Below are positions 38,630-53,631 of a stretch of 64,000 nucleotides of DNA, piece by piece. Under the pieces are notes generated by a model. That model saw only the letters and a program-made list of their open reading frames with translations, was not told the DNA's origin and searched no databases. Numbering within the stretch: position 1 is the stretch's first letter; each line of letters opens with the position of its first letter. A program made the position numbers and the translations under genes. The DNA comes from Octopus vulgaris (lineage: Eukaryota), in the NCBI GenBank assembly GCA_951406725.2, contig OX597827.1, forward strand, positions 3,782,001 to 3,846,000, given 5' to 3'.

Positions 38630-39025
38630 TGGTTTTCATGTGCATCCTGTTTGTTCATCTTCATCTAGATTTCATTCATGTTAAAACTGTGTCCATGTGG
38701 TTTTATTCAAGGTGTTGCCACTAGCCATACCAGATTTCTCGCTACTTGCTCTTATTCTTTGCACTCAACACTAATCATCCCCTACAAAGATGTAAGACTC
38801 TATAAACCATTATACTCCAATTCACTTCAATCTGTAACTGCGACAATTTGAAACTATTATTATGAAAATGTTCTGTAGCAATATAACAAGGGAAAATAAC
38901 CAGGAGAAAATTGATTGAGAAGGATTTAAATAAGAGGAAGGGCTAATTATAAGGGGATCAGATATTAGCGCATGATTAATGTATTGGACATGTGGCAATG
39001 TGAATGATGAATGTAGTAATGTGGT

Positions 39026-39105
39026 GTGGTACTATAGAAGTGCGGTACTATAGAAATATGGCATTATAGAAATGTGGTACTATAGAAATCTTATACTATA
39101 GAAAG
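39026..39105. repeat. 16-bp minisatellite, 5 units
   Basis: GTGGTACTATAGAAGT / GCGGTACTATAGAAAT / ATGGCATTATAGAAAT / GTGGTACTATAGAAAT / CTTATACTATAGAAAG. Confidence 0.85.
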
Positions 39106-39316
39106 GCGCAGAGCTGCAATGTTGTGGGGATGTTGTGATGCTTGTGATGTGGTGGTGCAAAATGCTTTTATTTCTAATCAACTTTCTCACAATATTCAAT
39201 CAAGAAAGTAGAGCTGCTCAGGTACAAAATTCCAGCCTGCATTTTTAGGTTTATTCAATTATTGAAGGATGATGGTGTGTGTGTGTGTGTGTGGACAGAA
39301 AGACAGTTGTTGAGGT

Positions 39317-39353
<37 letters not shown>

Positions 39354-39652
39354 TAATAATAATAATATTAACACTGATGATGATGATTCAACGACAACAA
39401 TAATGAAGACAAAAGCAACATCAACAGCAATGATGATGATTTTTTCATTAATGCAATGACTTTTTTCTTTAATGACGATGATGATGATGGCAATGAAGGT
39501 GGTGGTGGTGGTGGTTATGGTTGTGGCGATGATGATGACGAAGTAGATGACGATGAGAAGAAAAACTAGGAGTATTTGTTGTTTAATATAGGATTTATGA
39601 ACAAAACAACTTAAAACAGTGAACAAAAATGTATATATGTGTGTATGTGTAA

Positions 39653-39690
<38 letters not shown>

Positions 39691-40155
39691 TGGGGGTTGC
39701 CAGGGAGTGTGGCAATTGTGAGTTAATCAAGTTAATGTGTTTATAAATAAGTTTTAATTAGACAAAACCATTGTGCTTCAGTATAATGGTTTGGTTGGTA
39801 AACGCAAGGAAAGTCTTGGTCAGCACAGAGATTGTGCCATATAGAGAAAACATAATGGTATATTGTTTTTCTCAGCATTTTTGCGTTTTATTTTCTATTT
39901 TTTATCTTATATTTCTTTCAGTTATAAGACTGTGGCCATGCTGGAGCACAACCTCGGAGAATTCTTTAGTCAAATGAATCTACTGCAGTACTTATTACTT
40001 TGTCTTTTAAGCTTGATATTTATTCTGTTGGCCTGTTTTACCAAACCACTATGTTAAGGGTACATCAAAATACCAACACCAGTTGTCAAACAGTGATAGG
40101 AGGGGTCAAACACAGACACAAAGACATATATATATTTGACAGGATTCTTTCAGTT

Positions 40156-40388
40156 AAGGTGGCGAGCTGGCAGAATCATTAGCACGCTGTGCGAAATGCT
40201 TCACGGTATTTCGTCTGCTGCTACGTTCTGAGTTCAAATTCCGCTGATGTTGACTTTGCCTTTCATCCTTTTCAGGTCAATTAAATAAGTACCAGTTACG
40301 CACTGGGGTCAATGTAATCGACTTAATTCGTTTGCCTGTCCTTGTTTGTCCCCTCTATGTTTAGTCCCTTGTGGGCAATAAAGAAATA
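40156..40388 (+). mobile_element. SINE family A nested in a minus-strand family B SINE, 15-bp TSD
   Basis: AGGATTCTTTCAGTT at 40141-40155 and 40389-40403; the host SINE spans about 39915-40540. Confidence 0.88.
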
Positions 40389-41793
40389 AGGATTCTTTCA
40401 GTTTTTACCTACCAAATTCACTCAGAAGGCTTTGGTTGACCTGAAGACATAGTAAAAAACACCTGTCCAGGGTGCCATGCAGTGGAACTGAACCTGGAAC
40501 CATGTGGTTGGGAAGCAAACTTCTTACCATACAGCCACATTTATCTTATTTTTCTTAAAATCTTTTCTAAAAATATATCAACTTGGTTTTCTTAATTTAG
40601 TATATATTTCCATTGGTTCCACAAAGCATTCACTATATTTCCCTACTTCCTCTATTCCTCCTTGATCAGGGGCCCTGTTGTTGGTTGTTTGACATGCACC
40701 AATAGCAGTCAAATCTTCCTTTAATCATATGGAGCTTAATGTTACCGTTTTTACCTTGAACTTGAAGACCTTTCATTATGTGTGTGTGTTAGTGGGCATG
40801 CATGGGCATATATGAGTGAACATATGTGTGTATGTATGTATGAGTGTATATATGTGTATATAAGACACGTTGAATTACGTAATCCTAACATATGATAGAA
40901 AGATGGGATGGTCACGGATGGAATGCTTCTTGTCATATGTATACAGCAACTAAACAACAACTACTACTAAATAACTATAGGGCAGCATGGGATCCTTTAT
41001 GTAGTAAATGAACTGCTAAAAATAGCAGTCAAATTACCCTCTACTTTCTTAAAAATAAAAGGGGTGATACAAATTCCGTACTGTAGTCCTGGATACACTA
41101 TTTGTCTAGAATGGTGGGGTGGTGGTGATCGTAGCTGTAATGTCTTTCATCTTTGGTCTGCTCGCTAAGAGATGACCTTGGGCTAAACAACAACAATAAC
41201 AACAGCAACTGCTAGATAGCCAAAATATCTATAATCTTCGATATAAAGGAAGTTGATAATTGATGAATTCCAAAAGGCTCGGGATGGTATCTATTACACC
41301 ATCTCACATACGCAATATTTTTCTTTTGTCCCTGTGTATGCATGCATGTGAGTATGTGTTCATGCAAGACTGCATGTGCTTGTGCATGTATGTGTGTGTG
41401 TGTGTGTGTGTGTGTGCACGTGCATATGAGTGTTTGTATATTTTGTTTCTTGAGTTCATTTCGCTTTTTATTTTATTTTATTTTTTTTTGTATGTGTGTT
41501 TCTGCTTTGATTTTTACTATTTTTTCACACGAAAGTAGTTAATGATTTAATGGATTTTTTTTCCCCCCAACACCATATATGTTTGTGTGTGTGTGTGTAT
41601 GTGTGTGTGTGTGTGTGTGTGTCTGTGTGCATGTATGTAAATATATATGCATACATGTACACACACATATACATACGTACATACACATTTATAGTTGCAT
41701 GTATATATATGTGTGCAAGTATATATATATATATGTATATGTATATATATATATATGTATATATATATGTATATATATATGTATATATATATG

Positions 41794-41850
<57 letters not shown>

Positions 41851-43422
41851 GTATGTATATATGTATGTATATATATGTATATATATATATATATATATAT
41901 GCACACATATACACTCATACATACACACGCATGTGCACACATACACCCACACACGAACACATATATGTTCACTCACATATGCCCATGCATGCCCGCTGAC
42001 ACACACACACATAATGAAAGTTCTTCAAGTTCCAAAGTAGGTAAAAATGGTAACAGTAACATAGAGAAAAATGGTAAAGCAAAGCAACAAAGCAAGATTG
42101 CAAACATTGATTACCATGGTAACCCCCTCCAACCTTCCCTCTCCCTCCTCCTCCTCTCCACCCTTCACACACACACACACACACACATATATATGTATGT
42201 ATATGTATGTCTATATATATATGTATATATATTCGTTTCCTCGTTAGTTAGTCAGTCAGTCAGTCAATCATTGAATCAAAGCGAGCGAATGTGAGTGAGT
42301 GAGTGAGTATATAGCCTTGTAGCCTCCTTGTGCTATTGATAGTAAACTTGACCTGCAGCCAGCAGTCTAAAAGATCTTCAATAGGATCTTATCCAAGATA
42401 TAAGCAAACAGTGTAGCTAATCAATGCTGGAACTTCCAACAATTACACAAAGCTCTATTGCAGAATATCTAACAATAGTATTGCTGCTATGACAAAAAGT
42501 TGCCTTTTGAAATACGATTTGTAAAGGAAGAATGCGGTTATAATTTAATAAAGTTTGCCTCATTGTTCTTGGACTCACTGCCATTCATCAGATGGCACTT
42601 CAGACAAAAATGGAGAGAGGAAATTAATAGGGAAAGGTCAGGAAATTTAGTTGAAGTCTTTGTACTGTTAGGTGATGGAATGATAGATGATGGGTGCTGG
42701 TTTAATGGCGATGGTGGTGGTGGTGGTGGTGGTCGTGGTCGTGGTGTATGTTGAGATGATGGTGGTGATGATGGTGGTGTTGGTGTTGTTGGCAGTGGTC
42801 GAAGTAATTGTGTGAGTGTATGTGTGTGGTGGGGTAGAGTAGGGGGGGTTGATTGAAACGGTGGTGGCGGTTGGTAAAGGTGGTGGAAGTTGTGGTTGTA
42901 AAAAGTGGTCTTGGTGTTAGTGTTGATGGGGGTAAGGTGTGCATTTAAACATTATGGCATTGTTTGCTGGTGTTGTTTAGCCCCAGGACAGTGCTGACTA
43001 AAGAAACCTGTGAGCAACTGTAATCCAGCTATGACCATCTCTACTTTATCTGAACATTTAATCCCAAGTGCCTTTCTTCTCTTATATTAAGATGGTTGGG
43101 AATGTTTTGAAGGTAATTTGGCTGTCATGTTTAGCAGGTCAAAGGACTGGACAGAGTCTCTCACATTTGACCTCAAGTGTTTCGTTCGTGGTAGTCTCAG
43201 TGATGAAGTTGGTGTAGGTGTTGGAATAATGTTGTCATTAAAGGTGATAGTGGTAGTAGTGATGGTAGTGATGGTAGTGATGGTGGTAGTGATAATGATA
43301 GTGATGGTAGTGGTGGTGGTGGTGATGGTGATAGCAATGGTGTTAATGGTGATGCTGATGGGTTGATGGTGGTAGTGGTTGTAACAGGTTGATGTTGATG
43401 GTGATGGTGGAAGTGACGATGG

Positions 43423-43490
<68 letters not shown>

Positions 43491-43915
43491 GTGACGATGC
43501 TGATGATGATGATACTGTTAATGGTGATGGTTTTGGTCATAGTAATGGTGATGATAACTGCAAATTTAAAAGTGATGATGGGTGTTAATAGTGAGGATAG
43601 TAGTGTAGGTTATTGCTGAAGATTAACCCAGGTCATCCTAGAGTTGTGATCAAAAACATTCCAACAGTAAATATCAAACCAGTTTTTGTTCAGCTTGCTT
43701 TGAAGCTATTCAATTTTGAGTTTAGTCCCATTGCATGGTGCTTTGGGCAAGTCTCTTATATTTTGGTACATATACATATATATACTATTTACCTAAGCTG
43801 TAAAAAGTCTTCATAATCTGTTACTCAGATTTTCACATGACTATTCTTCAGACAGTTGCAATATATATATATATATATATATATGAATACTAAGCAACAA
43901 GGATATCCAGAAGTA

Positions 43916-44003
43916 ATGCAGTATGATCGTTTCAAGCAACTCCATTTAATTGAACAATGCAATCATTACATCAATTTAAATGCAGAGCAATCCTCAGCTG
44001 CAT
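43916..44003 (-). ncRNA. Hammerhead-like motif with long stem II
   Basis: 5'-ATGCAG CTGAGGA [57-nt imperfect hairpin] GAAA CGATCA TA CTGCAT: 6-bp stem I, canonical core, stem III one change away from the palindrome ACGATCGT. The base of stem II pairs poorly. Confidence 0.6.
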
Positions 44004-45053
44004 AAAAACATAGAATTTATTTGAATTAAAACAGATGGACACATTAGTATAATTTTACCTAAAATCTTCAAGAAGGTATAGAGATAGACAAAGAACATGC
44101 TTTGTTCACTTCAGCTTAGAAGCTACTAAGGTATCAGGAAGAAAGACTTGTTGCAGATTTTGCTTACCACTATTTTATGGGGTCAGTTTTAATTTATAGA
44201 CTAGTTTATCAAATCTTTGTATATCTAAGGCCAAAAGAACAAGGAGCAGTGCCTGCTAGGAAGGGGGCTGAGGGAGTCGACAGAAATCATAGTGGGTATA
44301 ATCGTAAAAAACTATCAAGATTTATTGATGGTGATGGTTGTGGTATTGGTCATGAGAGTGATGATGATGATGGTGGTGGTGATAGTTTGAGATATATATT
44401 TTGACTACAGACGGCAGTGATAGTGTTTGTGGTGGTGGTTGACATTGTGGTTATTGCTTAGTTGTTGCAGTGGTGGTAGTGGCGGTGGCAGCAGTCATTG
44501 CTTGGTGGTGTTGGTCTTGGTTTGGTGGTGCAAGTTGTGTTGGTGGTGGCAGAAGTGATAAAACTCAGATAAGGAGAAAAAAAACGGGCAAAAATTAAAA
44601 CAAACAAAAAAGCAACCAAAAAAAGAAGAAAAAAATGAGAAGCAAAGAAGAAATGTTTCTAATATACCAAGTCTTCACAATAAAAGAAAAAATGTCTGTC
44701 TGATGGAAAGTTTGTTTTTTAATAGCAGACATGATTAGTATTTAAGTACAAATTTTCTGACTAAACAATAATAAAATCATCATTGTTTTCTAAGTGAATA
44801 AAGTTAGTGTTTTTAAATGACTATTGACTTATGTATGAATGCAGGAATCACTGTTCTTCTTTCTTATTTCTGTATTGCGTGTGTGTGTGTGTGTTTGTGA
44901 ATATATGTGCGTGTGTATATATATACATACATATATGTGTGTATGTATATATATGTATATATATGTATGTATATATATGTGTGTGTGTGTATGTGTGTAT
45001 GTATGTATGTATATATATATGTATGCATATATGTATGTATATATATATATATG

Positions 45054-45125
<72 letters not shown>

Positions 45126-45265
45126 GATATGTGTGTGTTTGTGTATGTATATATACAAGCCTGTATGTGTGTGTATATGTGTATGTGTAATATATATATA
45201 TGTGTGTATGTGTGTGTAGATAGACAGACAGACAAATTGACAGACAGACAGACAGACAGACAGAC

Positions 45266-45363
<98 letters not shown>

Positions 45364-47710
45364 TTTTTTTGGAGATTGCTAAAGCAAGCAATGGTAGAGA
45401 TTATTCACAAAATAGGGCTCAAATACAGGGAACTAAATTTCTAACTACTTCATCCAGAGTAGGTGCCTTTGATTTAGAAAGTTAGCTATAAGAACGATCC
45501 TTGTCAAGTGAGTATGGAAGTAAAAAGGCAGATAAACACAAGGAGGCCAATTGAAGATATTTACATAGATTATGAAATTCAGAGTATAGAATAAAGAAGG
45601 CAGAATAAAGAAAAGGAGTTATGTAATAGTATTATCTCGACAGCTGTTTCAGGTGAACCATGGCTTATGCCATTACCATAGTCATTAAATAATAAAGACC
45701 TAAAGTGTCATAGGTGTATGGAATAACAAATTCCAATGTGTCATTACTCTAATCAGAAGAATGTCGCTAGGTATGGCTACTGCTTGAAAGTAAAGAACAC
45801 ATTACATGGATAAAGTATATATTTTATTGATGGTACTGAAGCTTCAATTCCTAACAGTGAGTGACCAATGAGGATTCTTGACTATAGCTTCATTTCTGTA
45901 GAAATGAGTTTTAGAACAGTCTGAAAAAAAAGTTCAAGGAGCAACCACAAGTGTTGGCAACAAAGTTCATTTCCAACAGAGTGAAGGACAGAATTGTATG
46001 GTGCTTGTGTTAGAGATGTGAGGCTGCATGATAGTGAGACATGGTTCTTGAATACAGACGAGTAGAGACGACTGGGAATAAGTTTCCTTTGATTTGCTTG
46101 CTGTCACAACTTCCACTATCTCTCCCAAACCTCAGCAAGTAGTGCATTTCCTCTGTACTCACTAGTGAGTAACTACCAATCTACATACTTATCTAACACC
46201 TTCTTATGTAAACTGCGAATATATTTTCTAGATGGTCAAGGGATTTTTGCACTAACACTATCATTTATAAAACTTTAGCTTTATTCATTCCTATTGACTG
46301 TTAAGACTTCTGATTCTAGACCATTCTTCCGAGTTTATGAGATTTTATGCAACAGTTCAACAAGTCCTGAAACCACTGCAGAATATAAAAGATTCACAAA
46401 GACATCTAGTTATGTTATATTGCTTTAAATATTGTGTAATTATTCCCAAACACATCCTTTGTTGTTGGTTGATATATATCATGAGGAAGATATTGTATGG
46501 TGGTGAAGACACACACTGATACATAAGCACAAATCACACACATACATGTATGCAACCACTTATGTATGTATGTATGTATGTATGTATGTATGTATGTATG
46601 TATGTATGTATGTATGTATGTATGTATGTATGTATGTATGTATGTATGTATGTATGTATGTATGTATGCATGAATGCATGTATGTATGCATGTATTATAT
46701 CTATATATGTATTAAGTGTGTATATATTATATTGCCTTCAACTTATTAACTATGATACTAAATATATGTTGGTATATCATTGCATGCACATGCATATACC
46801 TATTTTATAGATATTCATTTTGAATAATTCATGAGCCTTTTGCCATTGTTGTTGTTGTTGTTGTTGTTACTGTTGTTATCCAAACTTGCAGAATCATTAA
46901 AACACCGGGCAAAATGTTCGTGACATTTCATCCATCTTTACATTCTGAGTTCTGCAAAGGTTGACTTTACTTTCCATCCTTTTGGAATTGATAAAATACG
47001 TACCAGTCAAGTGTTGGGCTTAATGTAATCAACTTATCCCTCCCTTCAAAAACTTCTGGACCTGTGCCAAAATTTGAAACCTTAATTTATTAAGGTCATT
47101 ATTATTATATACACATATAATTATATATATTATTATATATATAATTATTATTATTATATATATATAATTATATATTATTATTATATATACACATACACAC
47201 ATATGTATGTATATATATATAGTTGAAATTTACAGGAAAATAAAAGACAAAGACAGGTGTATTAGTTTGATGCTTTGGAAACAGAAAGGAATAAGAGAAA
47301 ATAAAAAACTTGTGGATTTAGTGGTCAAGTATGGTGACTGATTAGAAAAAGAGGTTTGATAGGGAGGATAATAATGTGGGGTAGGGGTGGGGTGATATCA
47401 ATGAAGAGAGAAGGTGGGTATGAGTGAAGAGAGGAGGTAGGTGTCAGATGAAGAGAGGAGAGGAGAGGTGGGTAGGAGTGAAGAGAGTAAGTAGGTGTCA
47501 GATGAAAAGAGGAGGGGAGTTAAGCCCATGTGGCACAAAGGAGTGAAGAGAGAAGATTAATTCCTACATATAAGAAGCTCCCATTACACTCTTGGAGTGG
47601 TTGGCATTAGGAAGCACATCCAGCTGTAGAAACATTGTCATATCAGACTGGCTTGTTAGACTTCAATCAAACCGTCCAACCCATGCCAGCATGGAAAGTG
47701 GACATTAAAC

Positions 47711-47746
<36 letters not shown>

Positions 47747-48867
47747 ATGTGTGTATGTATATAACAGTGCATTTGTGTGTCTGCTTGCATGTGCATAAGT
47801 GTACATCCATTGACATTCCACATCTTTGCTTATAGATATCTGAGAAAAATGATGCTATTATGTTTACATTTATTGTTGATGTTATGACTGGTCACAATAT
47901 ACTTTTGGTGACCAGGAGGGAAAAAAAATCTCTTTTTAAAAGAAAACAGGCAAGAGCTCATAAAACAAAGTATGACTGTTGCAGACTATGAGTAAAATAG
48001 CTGTAAGACACTTTTAGAGTATTGTTAATGTGCTACAAAAGTATAAGGAAGCCAGATAAAAGAGAAGTGCTTACTGAAGGTGGTGATTTCAAATGACCTC
48101 ACATTTTGTTATGAAATCCTTGGTCTGTATCAAGATATAGAGTTTCTTTGATTGACAATATCTGCAGTTGTTTGAACCAATGAGTGTGGAAAGGCTTTAT
48201 TGACAATGCCCCCAAGTTATTGGGTAGCATTCATGGTCTTGGTTTTTAAGCTACCAAATAAAATAGAACATGATGTGGAGTTTACCCTTTTCATGGATCT
48301 GATGAAGGATAAATGCAGCAAACTCTTTGCTTTGAGGTGATTAGTGGAAAGCCCACATATTTCATCTAGATGTCTTTTGAAGTTGAGAACGCCTACACAT
48401 TTTATTTCTAAAGTAATATATTTGTGTGTATAAGAGTGCTTGTGCGTGTGTATGTTTATGTAAGTGGCTGTCTGTGCGCATAACTGATTGAATAATATGC
48501 CAAAACAGTCATAGAAGTCCGGTGCAGGCATCGGCCTGGCTGACCCTTGTGATACCATCCCACCCATGCAAGCATGGAACACGTATGTTAAATGATGATG
48601 ATGATCATGATGTATGTTATACATACATACATATATATATATTTATGTTCATGAATTTACTATGTATAATAGATGTAATAAACATACATATGATGTTTAT
48701 GTAACATATGTGTAACTATAATGTAAGGAAATGTGTATTGCATCATATATACATGATATACATCTCAATGTAAAGCTATATGTATTTATATATATATACA
48801 CACACACACACACATATGCCTACACATACAGATAAGTACATATATATAACACATATGTATGCATACA

Positions 48868-48907
<40 letters not shown>

Positions 48908-49139
48908 TCATATTCACATACTCACACACATATATATTCATATATTTTTCTTACAAGTGATTAAACTGTCAAAACATCACATGGTATATAAAAAATTAAC
49001 ATGTTCAGGAAATATAGTACAGACAAGGTTTTGATAATTTGGTGAATGAGATGTAAAAAAACATTGAATAAATTAAAAGAAATATTATGAAAAAGAAATA
49101 ACAGAAATGAATTAAAACATATTAGAAGCTGTCATATAA

Positions 49140-49273
49140 GGTGTGAATACATACATATGTATGTGTGTATGTATGTATGTATGTATGTATGTGTGTATGT
49201 ATGTATGTATGTATGTATGTATGTATGTATGTATGTATGTATGTATGTATGTATGTATGTATGTATGTATGTA

Positions 49274-49304
<31 letters not shown>

Positions 49305-49490
49305 ATGTATGTGTGTATGTATGTATGTATGTGTGTATGTATGTATGTGTGTGTGTATGTATGTATGTATGTATGTGTGTGTGTATGTATGTATGTGTGT
49401 GTGTATGTATGTATGTATGTGTGTGTATGTATGTATGTATGTATGTGTATGTGTGTATGTATGTAGGTATGTATGTATGTATGTGTACAT
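49140..49490. repeat. (ATGT)n/(GT)n compound microsatellite
   Basis: Directly visible; comparable tracts at 41580-41920, 44880-45220, 46560-46690, 54530-54665 and 59770-59920. Confidence 0.95.
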
Positions 49491-50194
49491 ATATCTCTAT
49501 GTGTGTGAGCGTGTGTGTGTATCTGTGTGTGTATCATGCATACATACATGTGTTATATATATATGTATGTACCTGTGTGTGCAGGTATAGATATAGCTTT
49601 ACATTGAAATGTTTATCATATATATGTATGCATGTGTATGTTTATATATATGTATGTATGTGTATGTTTTTATATATATATGTGTGTGTGTATGTGTATT
49701 ATATATCTATATATCCACATGTATGCATACCTGTGGCTGATTGATAGACAACTTGGTAGACAAGCAAATAGATAGATATATATTCATATACATGAAGGTG
49801 TAATACATTTTTACACCCCTTACACACATGCACAGACACTCTCACATACATTCTTGCATACAGACACACAAATATGTGTGCATGCAAGAATATGAATGTG
49901 TGTATGTTTGTGTATATTTTTGTATGTGTAATTATAAAAAGCCCTTACTTAAAAAAATAAGTGTATTTCTGTATTTTGTTTCTTGGTTTAGTAGATATGT
50001 GTGCTTGTATGTGTGTGTGCATTTGTATGTTTACGTATACAAGTCAATAATTTTGGTTTTATAAATCTGTTTCCCAATATCTGTCTTATTTATTGTCCTT
50101 TTTTTGTTGAGCTATCAACAAATACACAAACACAAATATATGGACCTCTATATATATTAACAGATAACGTATTTTTGCTATTTTTGTTGTGTAT

Positions 50195-50228
<34 letters not shown>

Positions 50229-50339
50229 GTTTGTGGTGTGTGTAGTATGTGTTTGTATGTATTTAAATATTTAAGAAAAATGTTTTGATACACTCACAAT
50301 ATTTGAAAAAGAGTTTTGAAATTAAAAATTTGTTAATTA

Positions 50340-51630
50340 TATAAAACATTCTTTACGAATGGTGCTTGGAAACGACTAGTTCTTTGATAATCAGTATCAC
50401 ATTATCATATATCAGGAATGGGTAAGGGTGCAACAGTTGCACCCTCTTTTGGAACACTAGTGGCAGGATTCTTAGAAAAATAAAAATGCATGTCCTATCA
50501 GGGATTATTTCTGATTGGCATTTCCAACCCCATTTAATTCGAGATCTTTGGATGACTGCTTCATATTTCTGAATGGAAATAAGGATGACCTTACAGGATT
50601 CCATGGATTAATCAATAACTTTCTTGAATCGATCCAATTAAGAATGAAAATGAATGAAAGGAACTTCCATTTCCAAACATTTTGGTAATGAATTAAAGAG
50701 TGGCTGTTACTACTAATTTCTACTGCAAAGACATGGCCACAGACTAACACTTAGTTTCCAGATCTTGCTATCTTTCCCAAACTAAAAATAAAGAATTCCA
50801 TTTAATGTAACAAGACAAGTATGTGCAACAGTTACTGACTCAACTAGAGAAGAGAACAAACTGGAAGATCTAAAAATATTATCATAAAAAAATTATGATA
50901 ATACCAAACTAAGTCAAAGCAAATATCAGTCCCTGTTTTACTGAAAAGTTCTCCTAATGAAGAGGAAGGCAGACACAAGTGGAAAGATTCCATTTGTAGT
51001 AATCTGCAATTCGAGAAACAACATCTGACATTCAGCCAAACAATACCTGATTCTACACCAATTTTCGAATCTCATGAAAACCATCAAAGAATTTCAAATT
51101 ATTAACAATCAAAGACTCCCAACAGTTCTTCAGAGACTCTTGGCAAAGTTGAAATGCACATCATAAGAAGTAATACAGGTAATAAAATGTGAAGACTTTT
51201 GTTGCAGGATGTGTGATTAGATTGAACGGTGTAAAGTCAAGGTCAAGATTGGGAAAGAATTTAACATTTCTGCAAATATGAATAACAAAACAAAAAATTC
51301 TCTTTTACAGCATTACACGACTACAATGCAATGAGAACTATATTAACAAAATTTATCAACTGAATCAGAGTACATAAACAGCAAATCAAAGCTCCATCTG
51401 TCAGAACTAATATATTGTGAACATTGAAACAACTGTGTAAATAGGAAATTCAGAACATTGTTTTCCTTCAAAAAACTGAAAACAGTAATTACTAAATAGA
51501 TAACAAAATTGAAAACTTTGCCGTAGATCATGTGTGTTTGAAGAAGAATAGCAAAGAGATTCCCTTCTAACATGTCTGTGTTAATCTGCTTTTACTAAGT
51601 AATTTTTTCATAATTTTAATTAAAACAAAT
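50340..51630 (+). mobile_element. Decayed Penelope-like element (RT plus GIY-YIG endonuclease)
   Basis: Across frameshifts: FFDNQYH..ISGMGKGATVAPSFGTLVAGFLEK; RSLDDCFIFLNGNKDDLTGFHGLINN; IPFNVTRQVCATVTD; Cys linker KCEDFCCRMCD; YSITRLQCNENYI..RVHKQQIK. The order and motifs match Penelope RT, thumb, linker and GIY-YIG. Confidence 0.85.
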
Positions 51631-52204
51631 CTTTTTGCAAATACATGTATGTGCACACTTCCATCTACTTCCTGCCACATATATATATGTTATGCTTACA
51701 GAATATATATCAAAGTTTTAAGTCAACATTCCGTGTAATGACAGATTTGAACACCTTGTCTGCATATGAGTTCTCATAGCAGAAGGAAAAAAAAGTTCAG
51801 CAGGAATTAGTTTCATTAGTGACTAAGTAAGGGATGCGAGCCCCCTTTTCCGTTACATTTGGTTCACTCAAGCCTGTTAAATGAATTTGGGTAGACAAAA
51901 ACTGTGCAAAAATCTGTTGAGTGAACAGTAGCAGTGATTTAAGTGAACTTTCAGAATTCTGTGTAAAGTATGTGTGTCCATGGAATACACAGCCATTTCA
52001 CATGCTAATCCAATAGGTAGGTCATTTGCTTGATCAAACAGCTAGATAATCATGCATTAAAATCTTATACTTATTGTTTTTTTACACCTCTACGTCATTT
52101 CCTCTCCACTGTCATATGCTTTACTTCCATATATGGATGTGCAAACTCCATCACTCTTTTTACTTGTAACTCACCTGCAAACCAAAATAAAAATGATCAA
52201 TCTC

Positions 52205-52246
<42 letters not shown>

Positions 52247-52370
52247 GTGTGTTTAGTGTTGACTATCAAGAAAAAGAGTACTTGATACCATAGTAGAGAT
52301 TGATATATATATATATGTATATCTATTTGTGTGTGTGTATGTAAATATAATATGTGACAATTATTCAGTA

Positions 52371-52440
52371 GCCATGATAAAACTCCACGTTTTGGATGTC
52401 GGGGCGGAACCACACGCCGCCATCTCTTCAGTTATCTGGC
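52371..52440 (-). ncRNA. Degenerate hammerhead motif
   Basis: 5'-GCCAGATAA CTGAAGA GATGGCGG..CCGC..CATC C AAAAC GTGGA GTT TTATCATGGC: stems I and II are present, but GAAA reads AAAA. Confidence 0.5.
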
Positions 52441-52898
52441 CATCGAAAAAATGCTATGAAAATGACCATTAAACAAAGGGAAATTACTGTATGATTGACC
52501 GTTATTAAGACAAAAGAGCTATCAGAATGATAGGGGGGAGGGAGTGAAAATGGTCATAGTATTCACGTAAGCGCGCATGTCCATACCTACACATACGTGC
52601 CTGCACACCCATGTACGTGCACCTATAAGTGTATACTCATCCACTGTGTTTTACTCTTATTGCATATTTTTTATACATATTTTGCCTCTAGCCCTGTTTT
52701 TTCTTGCGCATGTGTGTATATAGATGTGTGTATGAACCATTATTGTGCGTGCATGTGTGTGTGTGAGCATGTATGTAAGTATGTATATATTTTTTGGCGA
52801 ATGTGTGGGTGAGCATGTGTGTATTTCAAGTGAGGGTGGATGACTATGCACTTATATATATATATATGTGTGTGTGTGTATATATGTATGTATATATA

Positions 52899-52957
<59 letters not shown>

Positions 52958-53441
52958 TACACACATATATATATATACACACACATATTATACATATATA
53001 TATATATATATATATGCATATTTATACAAAGTTGAACAGTACACTCAGATCCCATTATTGACCAGTCTCGTTTTATGCTTCTCTTCCTTGTCTTCTATCA
53101 TCTCTGCAGCACAAGAGTTCTAGAGATCTCCTCCCTATGTTGTCATCAAAGACATTTCTTCTTAATATACATAACTAACTGGGTGAAATATATGTTCAAA
53201 TTTGTGCAGCAGTTTTCTGTGTCATTGCTTCTATAAATGATATGCATTGAATGGAGAGGAATGAGATATGCATGTTGGATTGGATGGACAAAGAATGCAT
53301 ACCAGAAAGGTCATACTTATATGTGTCGAGCTAAAGGTGAAAGCATTGCCCAATTTAAGTAGAAACTGAAGAGCTAATTATTTTGGCATATGGAATATCT
53401 ATATCTATATCTATCATTCTCTCATTCTCTGTCAAAATATA

Positions 53442-53484
<43 letters not shown>

Positions 53485-53571
53485 CATATAAATACATACA
53501 TACAGATTTAAACATAAATGTTTAACTTACATTCATATATGCATACATATGTATATATGTATATATGTATA

Positions 53572-53631
<60 letters not shown>

